Source: Eledone cirrhosa (lineage: Eukaryota). From it: DNA of 64,000 nt. Location of the stretch: contig OZ024740.1 of NCBI GenBank assembly GCA_964016885.1, positions 145,824,001 through 145,888,000 on the forward strand, read 5' to 3'. The notes under the pieces were generated by a model, which was not told where the DNA came from, ran no database searches, and saw only the letters and a list, made by a program, of their open reading frames with translations. The position numbers and the translations under genes are program-made. Of this stretch, positions 25,301-35,559 are shown piece by piece; the stretch's first letter is position 1, and each line of letters begins with the position of its first letter.

Positions 25301-28093
25301 AACGTTAGGGAGATAAATGTCACTGCAAATATAATTATATGATATTACTTTTTTATAATTAATTATTTCAGAGTAGTAGTATCATGGTTTCTAATTTAGG
25401 CACAAGACCAGCAATTTTGGAAGATGGAAGCAAGTTGATTGGACCGGCCCTCAATACTCTATTTTATCAACCCCGAAAAGATTAAAGGCAATGTTAACAT
25501 TGGTAGGGTTGGAACTCTGGACATAAAGATCTGTAACTAAATGCTATAAAACATTTTGTCCAATCATCATCATCATCAGTGGTAACACAATAGAAATTGT
25601 AGAGCATTAGATTAAATGCTTAATTTCTCTAGATTTCGGGTTCAAATTCTGCTTGAATCAATTTTGTCCTTTCTTCCTGCAAGATGAATATATAATGGGC
25701 ATGCACCAGGTATTCTCAATTGACTTAGTCCTTTCCTTACAAATTTGTTGCCTTGTGGGAAAACATTATATATCATTTCAATGAAGATGGACCATGGATT
25801 ACTCATGAGATAATCATGCATTAGACTTTTGATATTTGAGAAGCACTTTTATTAATACTGCAATACAAAGACAGGTGGCAAATTGTCAGAGTTGTTAAAA
25901 TGTCAGATAAATTGCTTTGCTGTATTCGTTCCATCACTCTGCCCTTTGACTTTAAAACCTGCTGAGATCAACTTCGCCTTTCATCTTTTCGAGGTCAATA
26001 AAAAAGTACCATTCCATTGTGATCGATTCTTTCTCTATATCTCTTTTTCACTCTCTAAAAGAAATCAGCTGTTTTCAAACCTTGAGAGGGTATGGGCTCC
26101 ACTAAGTTTTAAATGCCCTAGATGCACCATATGTCACTATAGTGCCCTTGAAACTCAAATAGGAGTTGTAGGGTCCATAGATACATACAATCAATATGAG
26201 GATTGTTTGCCATGGAATTATGGTTATTTTAGAATATGGATAAAATTATTTGTCAATATTCCTGCATATTCTGATAACACCCACTCTCTAGTCAACTATA
26301 TAAACGCAACATGACCAATGGTTGAGAAGTTTGCTTTGCAATTATTTGGTCCAGGGTTTGATCCCACCACGTGGCTTCTTGAGCAAGTGTCATTTATCAT
26401 TGTTTCGGATCGATCGAAGGTTTGTGAGTGAAACTAAGTAGACGTAAACTGTTTAAAAACTCGTTGAATGGGCTGTACCTGTAATTCAAAAGACCAGCCT
26501 TGTCACACAGTGTGTCGTGTTGAATCTCCTCGAAAATTACGTTCTGAGGAATGTTTAGCTACTTGCACATTAATTCCTGAGCAGGCTGTTCCAGTGATCG
26601 AATAACAGGAACACCCATTATTCCTAGTCCGTCGTCCTGGTTATTGTCCAATCCTGTTTCTTCCCAACTAATTTAAGACTTTGTATTATAAATACTTCAA
26701 AAGAGTTCAGACAAAAAAAAAAAAAACTAGAAACTTGAAATCAAAATGTTTGCCGAAATCTTTTATAAAACTTATTTCTGGCTTGGTGAGAAATTGTCGA
26801 ATTTATGAAATCTTTCGCACAAGTATTTTAGAGTTACTTCCCTTGCATTTTTTAAAGCGGAATAAATATTTTACAATATTTAGTTCCTGTTCATAAAGTT
26901 TTTAATTCAAATTCAGGGTGGGTCTACTTTGCTTTCAATCATTCACGAAGCCAAACATGTACAATTGTTGTTTTGTGCCTAAACCGGCCCGATCGAACAA
27001 ACCAATAATAAATGGCATTCAAGCCATAACCACCTGGTCTTATTTTCAGGAATAATGTAGTCGGACTACACTATACAATATGTCCCTCTTTTCACACAAT
27101 TAAGTGGGGTTTGAGGGAGGTTTAACAGCTATTTCTAGCATGACGACTGATCACATCGAGACTTCTTAATTGGTTGGTGTACGTGGATTTAAATAAGTCC
27201 GTCTGTGATGGGAAGAAAGGGAATTTGACCGCTTAAAGATGTCTAGTCGTCTGGGAGATAAAATGTTTTTATAAGTACTGCTTATTGAATCGAAAACTAA
27301 TATGATAGTCACCTGTCTAACCAACAGGAATGGTCAGATTTGGATGGTAAACAGACAAGAACAACCATTTCACGTTTTTTAAGCTATTAAATTTGATGGT
27401 ATGGCATTTTTACAGGAATTATAATTTTTTAATATTTTCTATCTCAGTATTTTTTTTTTTTTAATTGTAAATGAGTTTTTGTTTATAAAAAAATATTTAA
27501 TAAACAAAATTATACTATTTTCGCATAAGTTATTTATGAAGCAATTTATTAAAATTATAAGGTAGCATCCCGCGAAGAGAATCCATACAAATTAAGATCG
27601 ATTAGCAAGTAGGTTAAGTCGAAGACAGCCAGCTATATATTTTTTTAATAGTAATAAATGTTTATTTCTAACTAGGGACAAAGATCCTTCAGTTGAGATA
27701 TAGTAAAGTCAATATTTTCCCACGAGCAGTGAGTGAAATGTTACGAACCAAAAAAACTGAAACCGCGTCGCAGTTTCCATTCTTGCCTGATGACGCCCTT
27801 AGATTTGATAGACATTTGAAAAAACAATTAACACGAAGCCAGTGCTCATTAGAAATTGGCATTAATTATACTTTAAATAAAACGCAAAGTAGTTAGCAAA
27901 AAATCTGTTTAACTTGTTGCTTGCTTATTCTATATTTCTTATCAAATAACAAAACAAGTTCGTTATATTAAAGTTTGTAATATGTTAGTTTTAACTATTG
28001 CATATGGGGAAAATAAAATGTTTCTTGGCATTTTACTAAACGTAGTGAAAACATTAATGAAATAGCCAAACCTACCCAAGAAAATAACTTCAT
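10234..28093 (-). CDS. SERGEF: SERGEF/DelGEF, RCC1-repeat beta-propeller protein, 383 aa: complement(join(10234..10397,12528..12692,14279..14446,14687..14749,15604..15702,17536..17638,19399..19478,19620..19772,22311..22449,28076..28093))
   Basis: GT-AG introns with consistent phases; 1152 nt. MKLFSW|GSNSHGQL..ITGGGGHS, AGWDFS, WGSNSFGQLGV, AGMRHS, SGWSH, WGRCDYGQLGR, CGAEHNLA, WGWNEHGMCGNGT follow the SERGEF motifs in order. Confidence 0.93.
12528..12692 (-). CDS. SERGEF: SERGEF exon (ERRQVISWGRCDYGQLGR...CGAEHNLALL)
   Basis: tttag acceptor, gtgagt donor. Confidence 0.92.
13420..13550 (+). mobile_element. SINE with conserved central domain (gttcaaatccc..aggtcaactttrcctttcatcctt..aggtcgataaa..agtacc); further copies at about 2855, 11400, 19980(-), 25410(-), 25870, 32640, 34615
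   Basis: B-box followed by a recurring Nin/Deu-like core in at least 8 places. Confidence 0.6.
14279..14446 (-). CDS. SERGEF: SERGEF exon (DGSIYVWGCNKYGQ...SGWSHFLVLT)
   Basis: tatag acceptor, gtaatt donor. Confidence 0.92.
14687..14749 (-). CDS. SERGEF: SERGEF exon (NGISGVQSLVAGAFHSGALL)
   Basis: tttag acceptor, gtaagt donor; supplies the AGxxHS half-blade. Confidence 0.88.
15370..15598. mobile_element. piggyBac-like MITE remnant ending at a SERGEF donor site
   Basis: On -: gtaag-TTAA-CCCTTTCG; the TTAA overlaps intron positions +6 to +9. Confidence 0.45.
15604..15702 (-). CDS. SERGEF: SERGEF exon (SGDVFVWGAGRKGQLGI...EKPKK)
   Basis: cacag acceptor (an in-phase alternative tcag lies 6 nt inside), gtaagt donor. 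Confidence 0.88.
17085..17420 (+). mobile_element. RTE-type LINE 3' end with (GAT)n tail
   Basis: Degenerate LREKL..RLTGMD/GRARKTW coding trace; gcat.gaaaag...gatgat tail. Confidence 0.65.
17536..17638 (-). CDS. SERGEF: SERGEF exon (IEIFIKAEDG...IVAGMRHSMALT)
   Basis: tccag acceptor, gtaaag donor. Confidence 0.88.
18455..19106 (+). mobile_element. RTE-type LINE 3' end with (GAT)n tail
   Basis: RRLRLYGHVMRMKDD..GRPRKTWDD; ends ggacgttaaacgatgatgatg. Confidence 0.8.
19399..19478 (-). CDS. SERGEF: SERGEF exon (DESRVFTWGSNSFGQLGV...LHP)
   Basis: aatag acceptor, gtaagt donor. Confidence 0.92.
19620..19772 (-). CDS. SERGEF: SERGEF exon (NGLVYSSG...QVTAGWDFSIVLT)
   Basis: tgcag acceptor, gttagt donor. 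Confidence 0.9.
21612..21695 (+). ncRNA. Type-I minimal hammerhead ribozyme
   Basis: acctt-CTGACGA-aaatcccc..ggggattt-GAAA-ccgcgcgg-TA-agagt; palindromic stem III. Confidence 0.8.
22098..22181 (+). ncRNA. Type-I minimal hammerhead ribozyme
   Basis: acctt-CTGACGA-gagtccc..gggattt-GAAA-ccgtgcgg-TA-agggt. Confidence 0.8.
22311..22449 (-). CDS. SERGEF: SERGEF exon (GSNSHGQLAQG...ITGGGGHSLIIT)
   Basis: tatag acceptor, gtaagt donor. Confidence 0.92.
22530..22886 (+). mobile_element. RTE-related 3' UTR fragment with (GAT)n tail and short internal repeats
   Basis: aagtggttggcattagg..agcatggaaaa..ttaaacgatgatg, shared with 18940..19106. Confidence 0.55.
23750..24243. mobile_element. Two RTE 3' ends joined tail-to-tail (23750..23870 +; 23878..24243 -)
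   Basis: (GAT)n then (CAT)n tails; - ORF LREKLCLRGIECSVRERRLRRYGHVMRMEDD..GRPRKTW. Confidence 0.75.
24860..25103 (+). mobile_element. LINE 3' terminus with (ATT)n tail; short copy at 29370..29407
   Basis: gtgcacctgagcactgtaca..taatttcattattatt occurs twice in the window. Confidence 0.5.
28076..28093 (-). CDS. SERGEF: SERGEF first coding exon (MKLFSW)
   Basis: aaaggATG AAG TTA TTT TCT TGG|gtaggt supplies the LFxW that precedes GSNS in blade 1. Confidence 0.8.
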
Positions 28094-28223
28094 CCTTTGT
28101 TTATTTGTTTTGTTTTCTGATTAATTTTAATGGAGAACATTTCATGAATAAATGAGAGGCAAATACCAAGTATACCGAAAATACATTAATTAAATTCAAA
28201 TATCGATTGCTACGAATTTACGG

Positions 28224-28272
28224 CCAATAAGTAACATAAGCCATGTTGAATTCTGTGCGGTTATTGACCAAT
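28224..28272. promoter_or_regulatory. Two CCAAT boxes upstream of the SERGEF ATG (candidate NF-Y promoter)
   Basis: ggCCAATaa at 28224 and gaCCAATca at 28268, 130-180 nt upstream of the ATG in a locally CpG-richer stretch. Confidence 0.4.
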
Positions 28273-28959
28273 CAAATGCTATCTCCTATTTTACGAGAAC
28301 CTCTCTTCCAAGAAGTGCTTGTAACCCCTCCGCAAGTGTGTATTGCCAACCAACTACATTCTCTATTGATCGGCGCATTTCCTTAGACCGCCTTCGCCAG
28401 AAATTACCTAACAACGTGATGTTAATTCTTCTTCATTGCCCTACTTAACTGCTATAGCACGCTTTTTTTCTTGTTTCCAGTAAATCTATCATTCAGACTG
28501 CTTCCTGCTTCTATGCTATTTCCATGGATCTGAGAAGTCATTTCATAATGCCTTAGAATTTTAACAATATAAACATTTCTGTTATAATTCCATTCACATC
28601 TAGGATCAGTTCCAATACTTGACTGGTACTTTACTTATCAAGCCTATTTCTGGGCTCCTTAAAAAAAAAGATAATAGAAATTTATTTATTATTTTTTTTA
28701 AATGTTATATAAATCAGTTTGATGGTTGTAAACCCTTGAAAAATGATGTGGGTCCGTCAACCGAATTGCGATTTCAATCTAGTTTGGTTGTTATTGATGT
28801 TCAGCCTCAAATCAGCCCTCATCACAAACATTCTATTCATAAACTCCCACCTTTCTTTCTCACATATTCACTATCTTAACTTTTTAGACAATAGTATCTC
28901 ATCGGAATCGGGACAATTGCATATTATTTATGACAGCAGAAAAATTAAGTTTGAGCCCA

Positions 28960-29016
<57 letters not shown>

Positions 29017-29448
29017 GATAAATCTACCAAGAGTTTACGGTAGTGTCCAATCCGTATGAAGAACTCAATGTAATCCGGATATCATGGAAAGAAGAGATGC
29101 AATGAAAAATCACTTTCGGTGAAAGATAAACGGAATACAGAGTCAAGATAAAATATTAAAAAAATAATGAATAAAACAATGAAACAGTTCCTTATATTAA
29201 ACAAAAAAAGTTCATTATTTAACGATCGTTTCTAGGATATATATGTGTTAGAATTGGCATGCATATTCAACAGATCTATGTACAAAATTATACAAACTAT
29301 CAAAATTAAATATACATACCCAACACATATATATGCCGTCATATATATATATGTGTGTGTCTGTGTGTGTGCACCTGAGCACTGTACACAATAATTTCAT
29401 TATTATTTAATATTGTGTTAACACTGCCAGCACTAGCCATATATATAT

Positions 29449-29645
29449 AACAAAGGAATTGTGGTAAGGAATCAGATGGACCATAACGCACCAGAGTACT
29501 CAATACTTAGAGTAATAGAGTGGGAAATAGGAAAAAGTATGACCCCGACGGCAGAGCTCAAGCCGTTTTGGCGGCTATTTCTGGACTCCAGAAATAGCCG
29601 TCGAAACGGCTTGAGCTCTGCCGTTGGGGTCATACTTTTTCCTAT
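29449..29645. repeat. (TA)n-flanked element with a near-perfect 59-bp-arm palindrome (29527..29585 / 29587..29645)
   Basis: Arms are reverse complements with 3 mismatches; centre ctggactccag. Confidence 0.9.
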
Positions 29646-29656
29646 ATATATATATA

Positions 29657-30088
29657 ACCAAATGTTAAACAAGGTTCATTGATTATTCAATGAATATAGT
29701 TTTACAATAGATTAAAAGCACTCAACAAAGAAGTTTCTGGAGTTATTAATATTATTCAAAATATTAATAAATGGAGACATTCACGTAATCAAAATATATG
29801 TTTTATTATATATATTTCGGAGGTACTGTGCTGTTTTTTCAGTACGTCCTCATCAGATAAAATACATAAATTGATGTATGACATACCTCAACTGTGCTGA
29901 TGGTTCAATTCCAGTCTGACTGCCAAGACTGGAATTGAACCATCAGCACAGTTGAGGTATGTCATACATCAATTTATGTATTTTATCTGATGAGGACGTA
30001 CTGAAAAAACAGCATAGTACCTCCGAAATATATATAATAAAACATATATTTTGATTACGTGAATGTCTCCATTTATTAATATTTTGAA

Positions 30089-30092
<4 letters not shown>
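29657..30092. mobile_element. (TA)n-flanked hairpin element (167-bp arms 29751..29917 / 29926..30092) with hammerheads on both strands
   Basis: Inverted repeat read directly from the sequence; HHR motif in each arm. Confidence 0.88.
29981..30042 (+). ncRNA. Minimal hammerhead ribozyme (mirror copy 29801..29862 on -)
   Basis: ttttat-CTGATGA-gga.gtac..gtac.tcc-GAAA-tatata-TA-ataaaa. Confidence 0.82.
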
Positions 30093-30122
<30 letters not shown>

Positions 30123-30127
<5 letters not shown>

Positions 30128-30610
30128 AAATAAAGATCCGAAGGCATGGTATAAATTTCCAATCATTTTAATCACGACACATGTTTCAATAAGAGATAGA
30201 TCGATCGTGTAACCATGATCGATTATCACTGATCTCGTCAGGTGAAAATGAATTGTCTTCAAATCCTTGATATGAGGGAGAAAATTAACGATGTGAACTC
30301 TGTGAGTGAACAATCTCCCTCATATCAAGGATTTGAAGACAATTCATTTTCACCTGACGAGATCAGTGATAATCGATCATGGCTACACGATCGACCTATC
30401 TCTTATTGAAATGTGTCGTGATTAAAATGATTGGAAATTTATACCATGCCTTCCGATCTTTATTTTGATACAAATACTCCGTTTTACATCATCTAGCTGT
30501 TCCCATAAATGGAATTGGAGATATACAAAAGCGTGGAGAACTTAATATTGCTAACAACAATTTATTGGACCGTTTGACACAACCAATAATACACCTTACT
30601 ATATAACAAC
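30123..30610. mobile_element. (TA)n-flanked hairpin element (arms 30123..30281 / 30314..30470, unique tail to about 30610) with hammerheads
   Basis: Inverted repeat; CTGACGA..GAAA..TC motif in both arms. Confidence 0.85.
30172..30245 (-). ncRNA. Minimal hammerhead ribozyme (+ copy 30350..30421 has a 2-nt deletion in stem III)
   Basis: tcac-CTGACGA-gat..atcgatc..gatcgat..att-GAAA-catgtg-TC-gtga. Confidence 0.72.
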
Positions 30611-30630
30611 TATTATATTTATATATATAT

Positions 30631-32190
30631 CAAGAATACAAGAAAGAAACAAAGAAGAGGATGCAATAGCATAAAGTCGCATTAGTTTCACGATTAAAAG
30701 AAAAATAGTTAAACAGTCAACGTCTCGGGCATTTGCTCTTCATCAGGAATAACAGAGTTCAGTGCAGAATAAAGAAAGAATAAGAAAGGAAAAACGCAAA
30801 GAAAAAAAAATTTAATTAAATTAAAATGAAAATTAAAAGGAGAGGAGGGGGAATTATGATAGGTGGGGGAGTGGTCCAGCGTACGGGAGGGAATCGAGGT
30901 GAGGGATCAGACGTGTAGTTGGTGGTTGTGTATAGGCGGGGTGCATATTACGCTGCGGGTGTTAAGTGTGTGTGTGTGAATGTGTGTACACATCAATATG
31001 CACACAAACATGCCCATTCGTAGATGCGTGCGTGTGTATCGCGCTTGTCCCTGTGTACGTACTTGTGCATGTATGTTTGGCAAGGATGTGTGGTTATTGG
31101 TGTGTATTGTGTGGTTACAGGTATAAGTGTATGCGCGCGTGTGTACGATAGGGTGGGTTTTCGTATCTCGTATAAAAAGGGTGGGTGAGTGGTAGCCAAA
31201 GGAAGTGTGTGCGTGTTTGGAGATAGTGGTGGCAGGGTGGGGGGGGGGGGTTATGGCCATAGTGGTCAAACAGAGTGTAGGGGACGGAAGGTGAAGGAGT
31301 GTGTAGTGGGTGATGGAGTAGATAGATAATGGGCCTGGTATGGGAGAAAGAATTGGTGTGACAAAGTGAGAGTTGCCAGGGTGAATGGTACGGATGGTGT
31401 GGTGGTGGTGGTGGTGGTAATAGTGGTGGTGGTAGTGGCGAAGGTGATGGAGTGGACGGCGGATGTATTTGTGTCGGAGTGCGTGTATATGCTGTTTGTG
31501 GTGGTAGTGTTGGTGATGCGTGCGCGTGCAGATGCGCAAGAACACATATATATGCGCAGGTATGTGTAGAGGGGTGAGTTAATAATGTTAATTGGTGTTA
31601 GTTGTATGTAATATGGGTGGATATTCTAGCCATAGTTGTTGTTTTTTTTAGGGGGGGGTAGTAGTAAGTATTAGTAGTGTTAGTTGGCCCTGTGTGAGAT
31701 CAACTATGGGCGCGCGCAGTGGTCAGTGTGCGTGTGCATGTGAGCGCGTGCGCGCGTGTTCATGTGCAGTTGTGGAGGTGTGTGAGTGTATCCATGTGCT
31801 GGTGTATGTGAGTAGGTGTGCTGGTGGAAGTGTTCGTGTGTTGTTGGAGGTGGTTCGTGTGTATAGGTGGAATGGTGGTGGGTTGAAGTTGAAGAGTGCT
31901 GTTCCCTCATGCGACGAGGCCGAAAATTATGAGGTGATTCGTGGAGTGTCGGGCGATGGGAGACAGTTGCCCAGTCGGATGTCATGGAGGTGTTCGGAAA
32001 ATCTGTCCGTCAAACGACGGCCGGTTTGGCCTATATCGATGGCCTCATATAGTGTGCACTGGATCCCGTAAACGAGACTCATGGCGGTACAGCCGAAGGA
32101 GTCCCTAATGTGGAATGTTCGGTCGGTGAAGAAAGGACTATGTGGCAGTGAATATAAGTATTGACTAATATTCTTTTTTGCTTCCGGCAA
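30631..32190 (-). mobile_element. 5'-truncated Penelope-like element remnant (GIY-YIG, CA-rich 3' UTR, degenerate HHR)
   Basis: FHIRDSFGCTAMSLVYGIQC..IDIGQTGRRLTDRFSEHLHDI (ORF 31927..32190); CTGATGAagagcaaatgcccGAGAcg at 30721..30746; ends at (TA)n. Confidence 0.8.
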
Positions 32191-32428
32191 GTACGGGAAG
32201 CAACTCCAGGAGCGTTCTGACTTGATTATACCTTTTCAGCTAGGCTTAGACTTCACTGTACTTGCCAAATTAAGGATAATCAACTCACTAAGAAGACAAT
32301 ATTGTACGCGAGTAAACTTAGAAATTTAGCGTACTTTTTGATAATAAATTACTCAACAATACCATTTGCGTGAAAAGCAATGGTTACATTGCCGCCCCCT
32401 TTCATAGTCTCTATTATCTTCACTATTA

Positions 32429-32431
<3 letters not shown>

Positions 32432-32498
<67 letters not shown>

Positions 32499-32503
32499 TC
32501 CTC

Positions 32504-32540
<37 letters not shown>
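32432..32540. repeat. (CT)n microsatellite
   Basis: Read directly from the sequence. Confidence 0.95.
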
Positions 32541-32544
<4 letters not shown>

Positions 32545-32879
32545 CAGTATCGGCAAACATCTTTCTCGCGGCAAAATAATATATTTAATTTTGCAAACTT
32601 TTTTTACTGAATATCCATCAAGATTAGCATAATTAGTAGAGTGTCGGGAAAATAGCTTTGCAGTATTTGTTCTGGCTCTTTACATTCTGAATTTAAATTC
32701 CACCGAGGTCAACTTCTCCCTTTATCCTTTCAAGCCTTTATGCAGCGAATTTTCACAACCATCTGTCCACTGGTATAGATACAGGAAACAATTGAATTGA
32801 CAAACCTGTTTTTATATCTTTTCTGCTAAATTATTATTGGATGTCAACAGTCTTCGTCTTTTTCTTCTCTCATTTATTC

Positions 32880-33610
32880 ATGGGGTGGGGGGGTTGTAGA
32901 GGCAGGGTACACAAACATTCCTTCCGGCGGGTCTATCAGAAGCAACCGCCTCCAATTGACCCGGCTGGATCGTATTCTTTCGGTCATTACTACCTCCCCT
33001 TCTTTTGATTCCCGAATGCTGAAACTGGCGTATTATTGCACCAGCTCCTCCAATTCTTGTACTTAATTCAGTCTTCTGCTTCTCACCACCACTCGTGAAC
33101 ATGGTTCCGAGATGTTAAAAGCCTTAAATAGAGAAGGTATTTTCTGGCTGACTTAGGTGTGTCGTGTGGTCTGGATCTCTGAAAAGGCACCTAAGCAATG
33201 GCAATCGGGAGTGATAATCCCGATTTTCAAAAAGGGAGACAAGAAAGATTGCTCTAATTATAGAGGGATCTCCTTGTTAAGCCTCCCCAGTAAAGTCTAT
33301 GCTGTCTGGCAAAGAAATGTAGGGTGATTGTCGAGTCCAAGCTAGCTGACGAACAGTGTGGTTTTCACCCTGGACGCAGCATGGCTGACCAAATATACAC
33401 ACTGCGGTAGGTCTTTAAGAAACCGTGGGAGTACTGCCAAGAGGTGTATGATTTCTTTGTAAACCTCGAAAAGGTAGATGACTGCGTTCCACGGGACCTG
33501 CTGTAGAAGATGCTTCAAGTGTATGGGATCGATGGACAGCTTCTTGTTGCTCTGATGTCTCTATACTAATGCCCTAATATTTGTGTTCAGATAAATGGTG
33601 CTAATGCGAA
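32880..33610. mobile_element. RTE LINE with internal inversion (3' part on -, RT part on +)
   Basis: + strand VIIPIFKKGDKKDCSNYRGISLLSLPSKVY; - strand ELSTRIGGAG..LEAVASDRP; strand switch near 33105. Confidence 0.7.
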
Positions 33611-33859
33611 ATCAGGATATGGTCAGTCATTCTGAGCTAAATAATATGCAGAACAAAAAACTGAGCAGCTTACCTGGTGTCATAATTGTCCATGAGCATA
33701 TTCGCGAGCTCTATTTTCATCACCTAACCCTTCCTTTACCACATTTCTTTTTTTTTTAAACTGCCTATAATTTTCAAATTATTTTATAAATGATTAAGAA
33801 CTTGAAGGCATTTAGTAATACAATTATTTTCTCATTATTAAGATGGTAGTTAGTGCATC

Positions 33860-34596
33860 TGTAACGGAATACTCCTATGTTTTACCTGGCGAAGATTCGA
33901 AACCGAATCTAAAATTTCTCGCCTCTAAAACCACCTACTATTGGGAGTTCCCACCATTGTCCTGTGAAGAGATAACTATGATAAACATATATACCACTTG
34001 ACTTGTGACCCCAGGCACTTGAAAGATGAAATACACATGGCTGCTACTAAATCAACCCATATACACATCCTTCTAGCTATAGGGCTATTATAAATACAAT
34101 CGCTTAGAGAGTCCAACAGAGACCACGAAGCAGCAGTCCGTGAGAGATTAACGATGTAGCTCATTCACTTTCTACAGACCTTTTACTCTCTCTCTCTCCT
34201 CCCTGGCCTTACAGGCTCTCACATTTCATACCAGCTCGGCAGATTGACCAACTACAGGAACAACGTATGCTAAGGATAAACACACACACACAGTAGGTTT
34301 ACTTATATTTTTCCCTACTACACTTTATCTATTTTTTCGTCTTCCTGTCATTTCACTTCTATTGTACCGTTTCATTGATACATGCATACACGCTAGCTCG
34401 AAGTAGCTAGTAAGAAAATAATGTAGTGATAATTGCTGTCTCTATTTTATTACTCGATATTCAATGTACAAATAAGTGAATTTTGTTATTGTAAAATAAA
34501 CATCGTCAACATCACAATCCTGGCATCATTCTTTTTATCATTCATCCTGAAAAGAATACATCTATCCACTACATAATAGTGACCCCCATCACTACA
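33860..34596 (+). mobile_element. LTR remnant (TGT...ACA) with 4-bp TSD CATC
   Basis: catc|tgtaac ... actaca|catc; AATAAA near 34495; PBS-like tagtgacccc after an internal actaca. Confidence 0.55.
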
Positions 34597-35393
34597 CATC
34601 AGATGAACTGCATTGCAATATTTTGTTATGACCTTCTACGTTCTGGTTTCAAATCCTTCCGGGGCCAACTTTCCTTTTCATCCTTCCGAGATGTGGGATC
34701 GATAAAATAAAGTACCAGTGAAGAACTGGGGTCAATTTAATCTTTCCCCTAAATTGCTGGCATTGTGCTTATGTCAAAGTGGAATCGAATTTCTCTGTCT
34801 GATGTTTTATCCTTGGTATTGATAATTTCTGAGAAACCATTATTCTTGCAAATTTTGATATTTTTTCTGCTTTTAACTATCAGGGGGTTCAGAAAGTATA
34901 TTTAGAAGTGTTGAGAAAAGATTTTATAAATAAGGTTAAATTGCATGAAGCGTCGATGCTTGGCCAATATATGACCAGAGCGAGAGAAAGAAAAAAAGGG
35001 AAGGGAACAAAAAACAAAAACGACCATCAACTAACCACCAAGTGCGACAATCGGCCGCACATCACAAGGGTCAACGGAATATTTTGAGGCCAGCCAATAC
35101 GCTCGCAACATTACAACGGGTGATGGCGAGGCTAAGGCGCTGAAACAATCAGGCACCCTTACAGGCATCACCTTAACACCTCAGTAAGGCGAGCGACCAT
35201 CTATGACAAGAATTTCGCTGTCAGCGGCCCAGCTCCAATAAACGTCTCAAACCGACTATAATACGTCATGTGTGTTTGTATATTTATATGTCTCTGTTTG
35301 TAACTCATTAAGTTTACACATAGAATACATTTCCTATCTCAGTCGCTTTCCAATCACGCAGTCCTGGATTTTAACTATACATTTGTTCCTCTA

Positions 35394-35559
35394 CAGTACC
35401 GGATTTACCATTGTGCTTAGGTGTGCTTAAGCACAGGACCCGGTTGGCCAGGAGGGCCCATCTTCTTGCCAAAAAATGTTTTTACCTCCGTCAGAGCCTA
35501 AGTAAGGGGCCTCATAACTTAACTAGTACAGGGCCTCATTTGTCCTAAACCCGGCACTG
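35394..35559. mobile_element. hAT-type MITE, 166 bp
   Basis: TIRs cagtaccggattta / taaacccggcactg; perfect 8-bp TSD ttcctcta (35386..35393, 35560..35567). Confidence 0.9.

Noticed and set aside
27787-27825. CTGATGA...GAAA
   Set aside because: No stem II, III or I pairing; chance match.
30712-30750. HHR in the PLE remnant as a functional ribozyme
   Set aside because: GAAA is mutated to GAGA and stem I is poor; kept only as evidence of PLE origin.
30907-31569. His/Thr-rich ORFs
   Set aside because: Low-complexity CA-rich 3' UTR of the PLE remnant.
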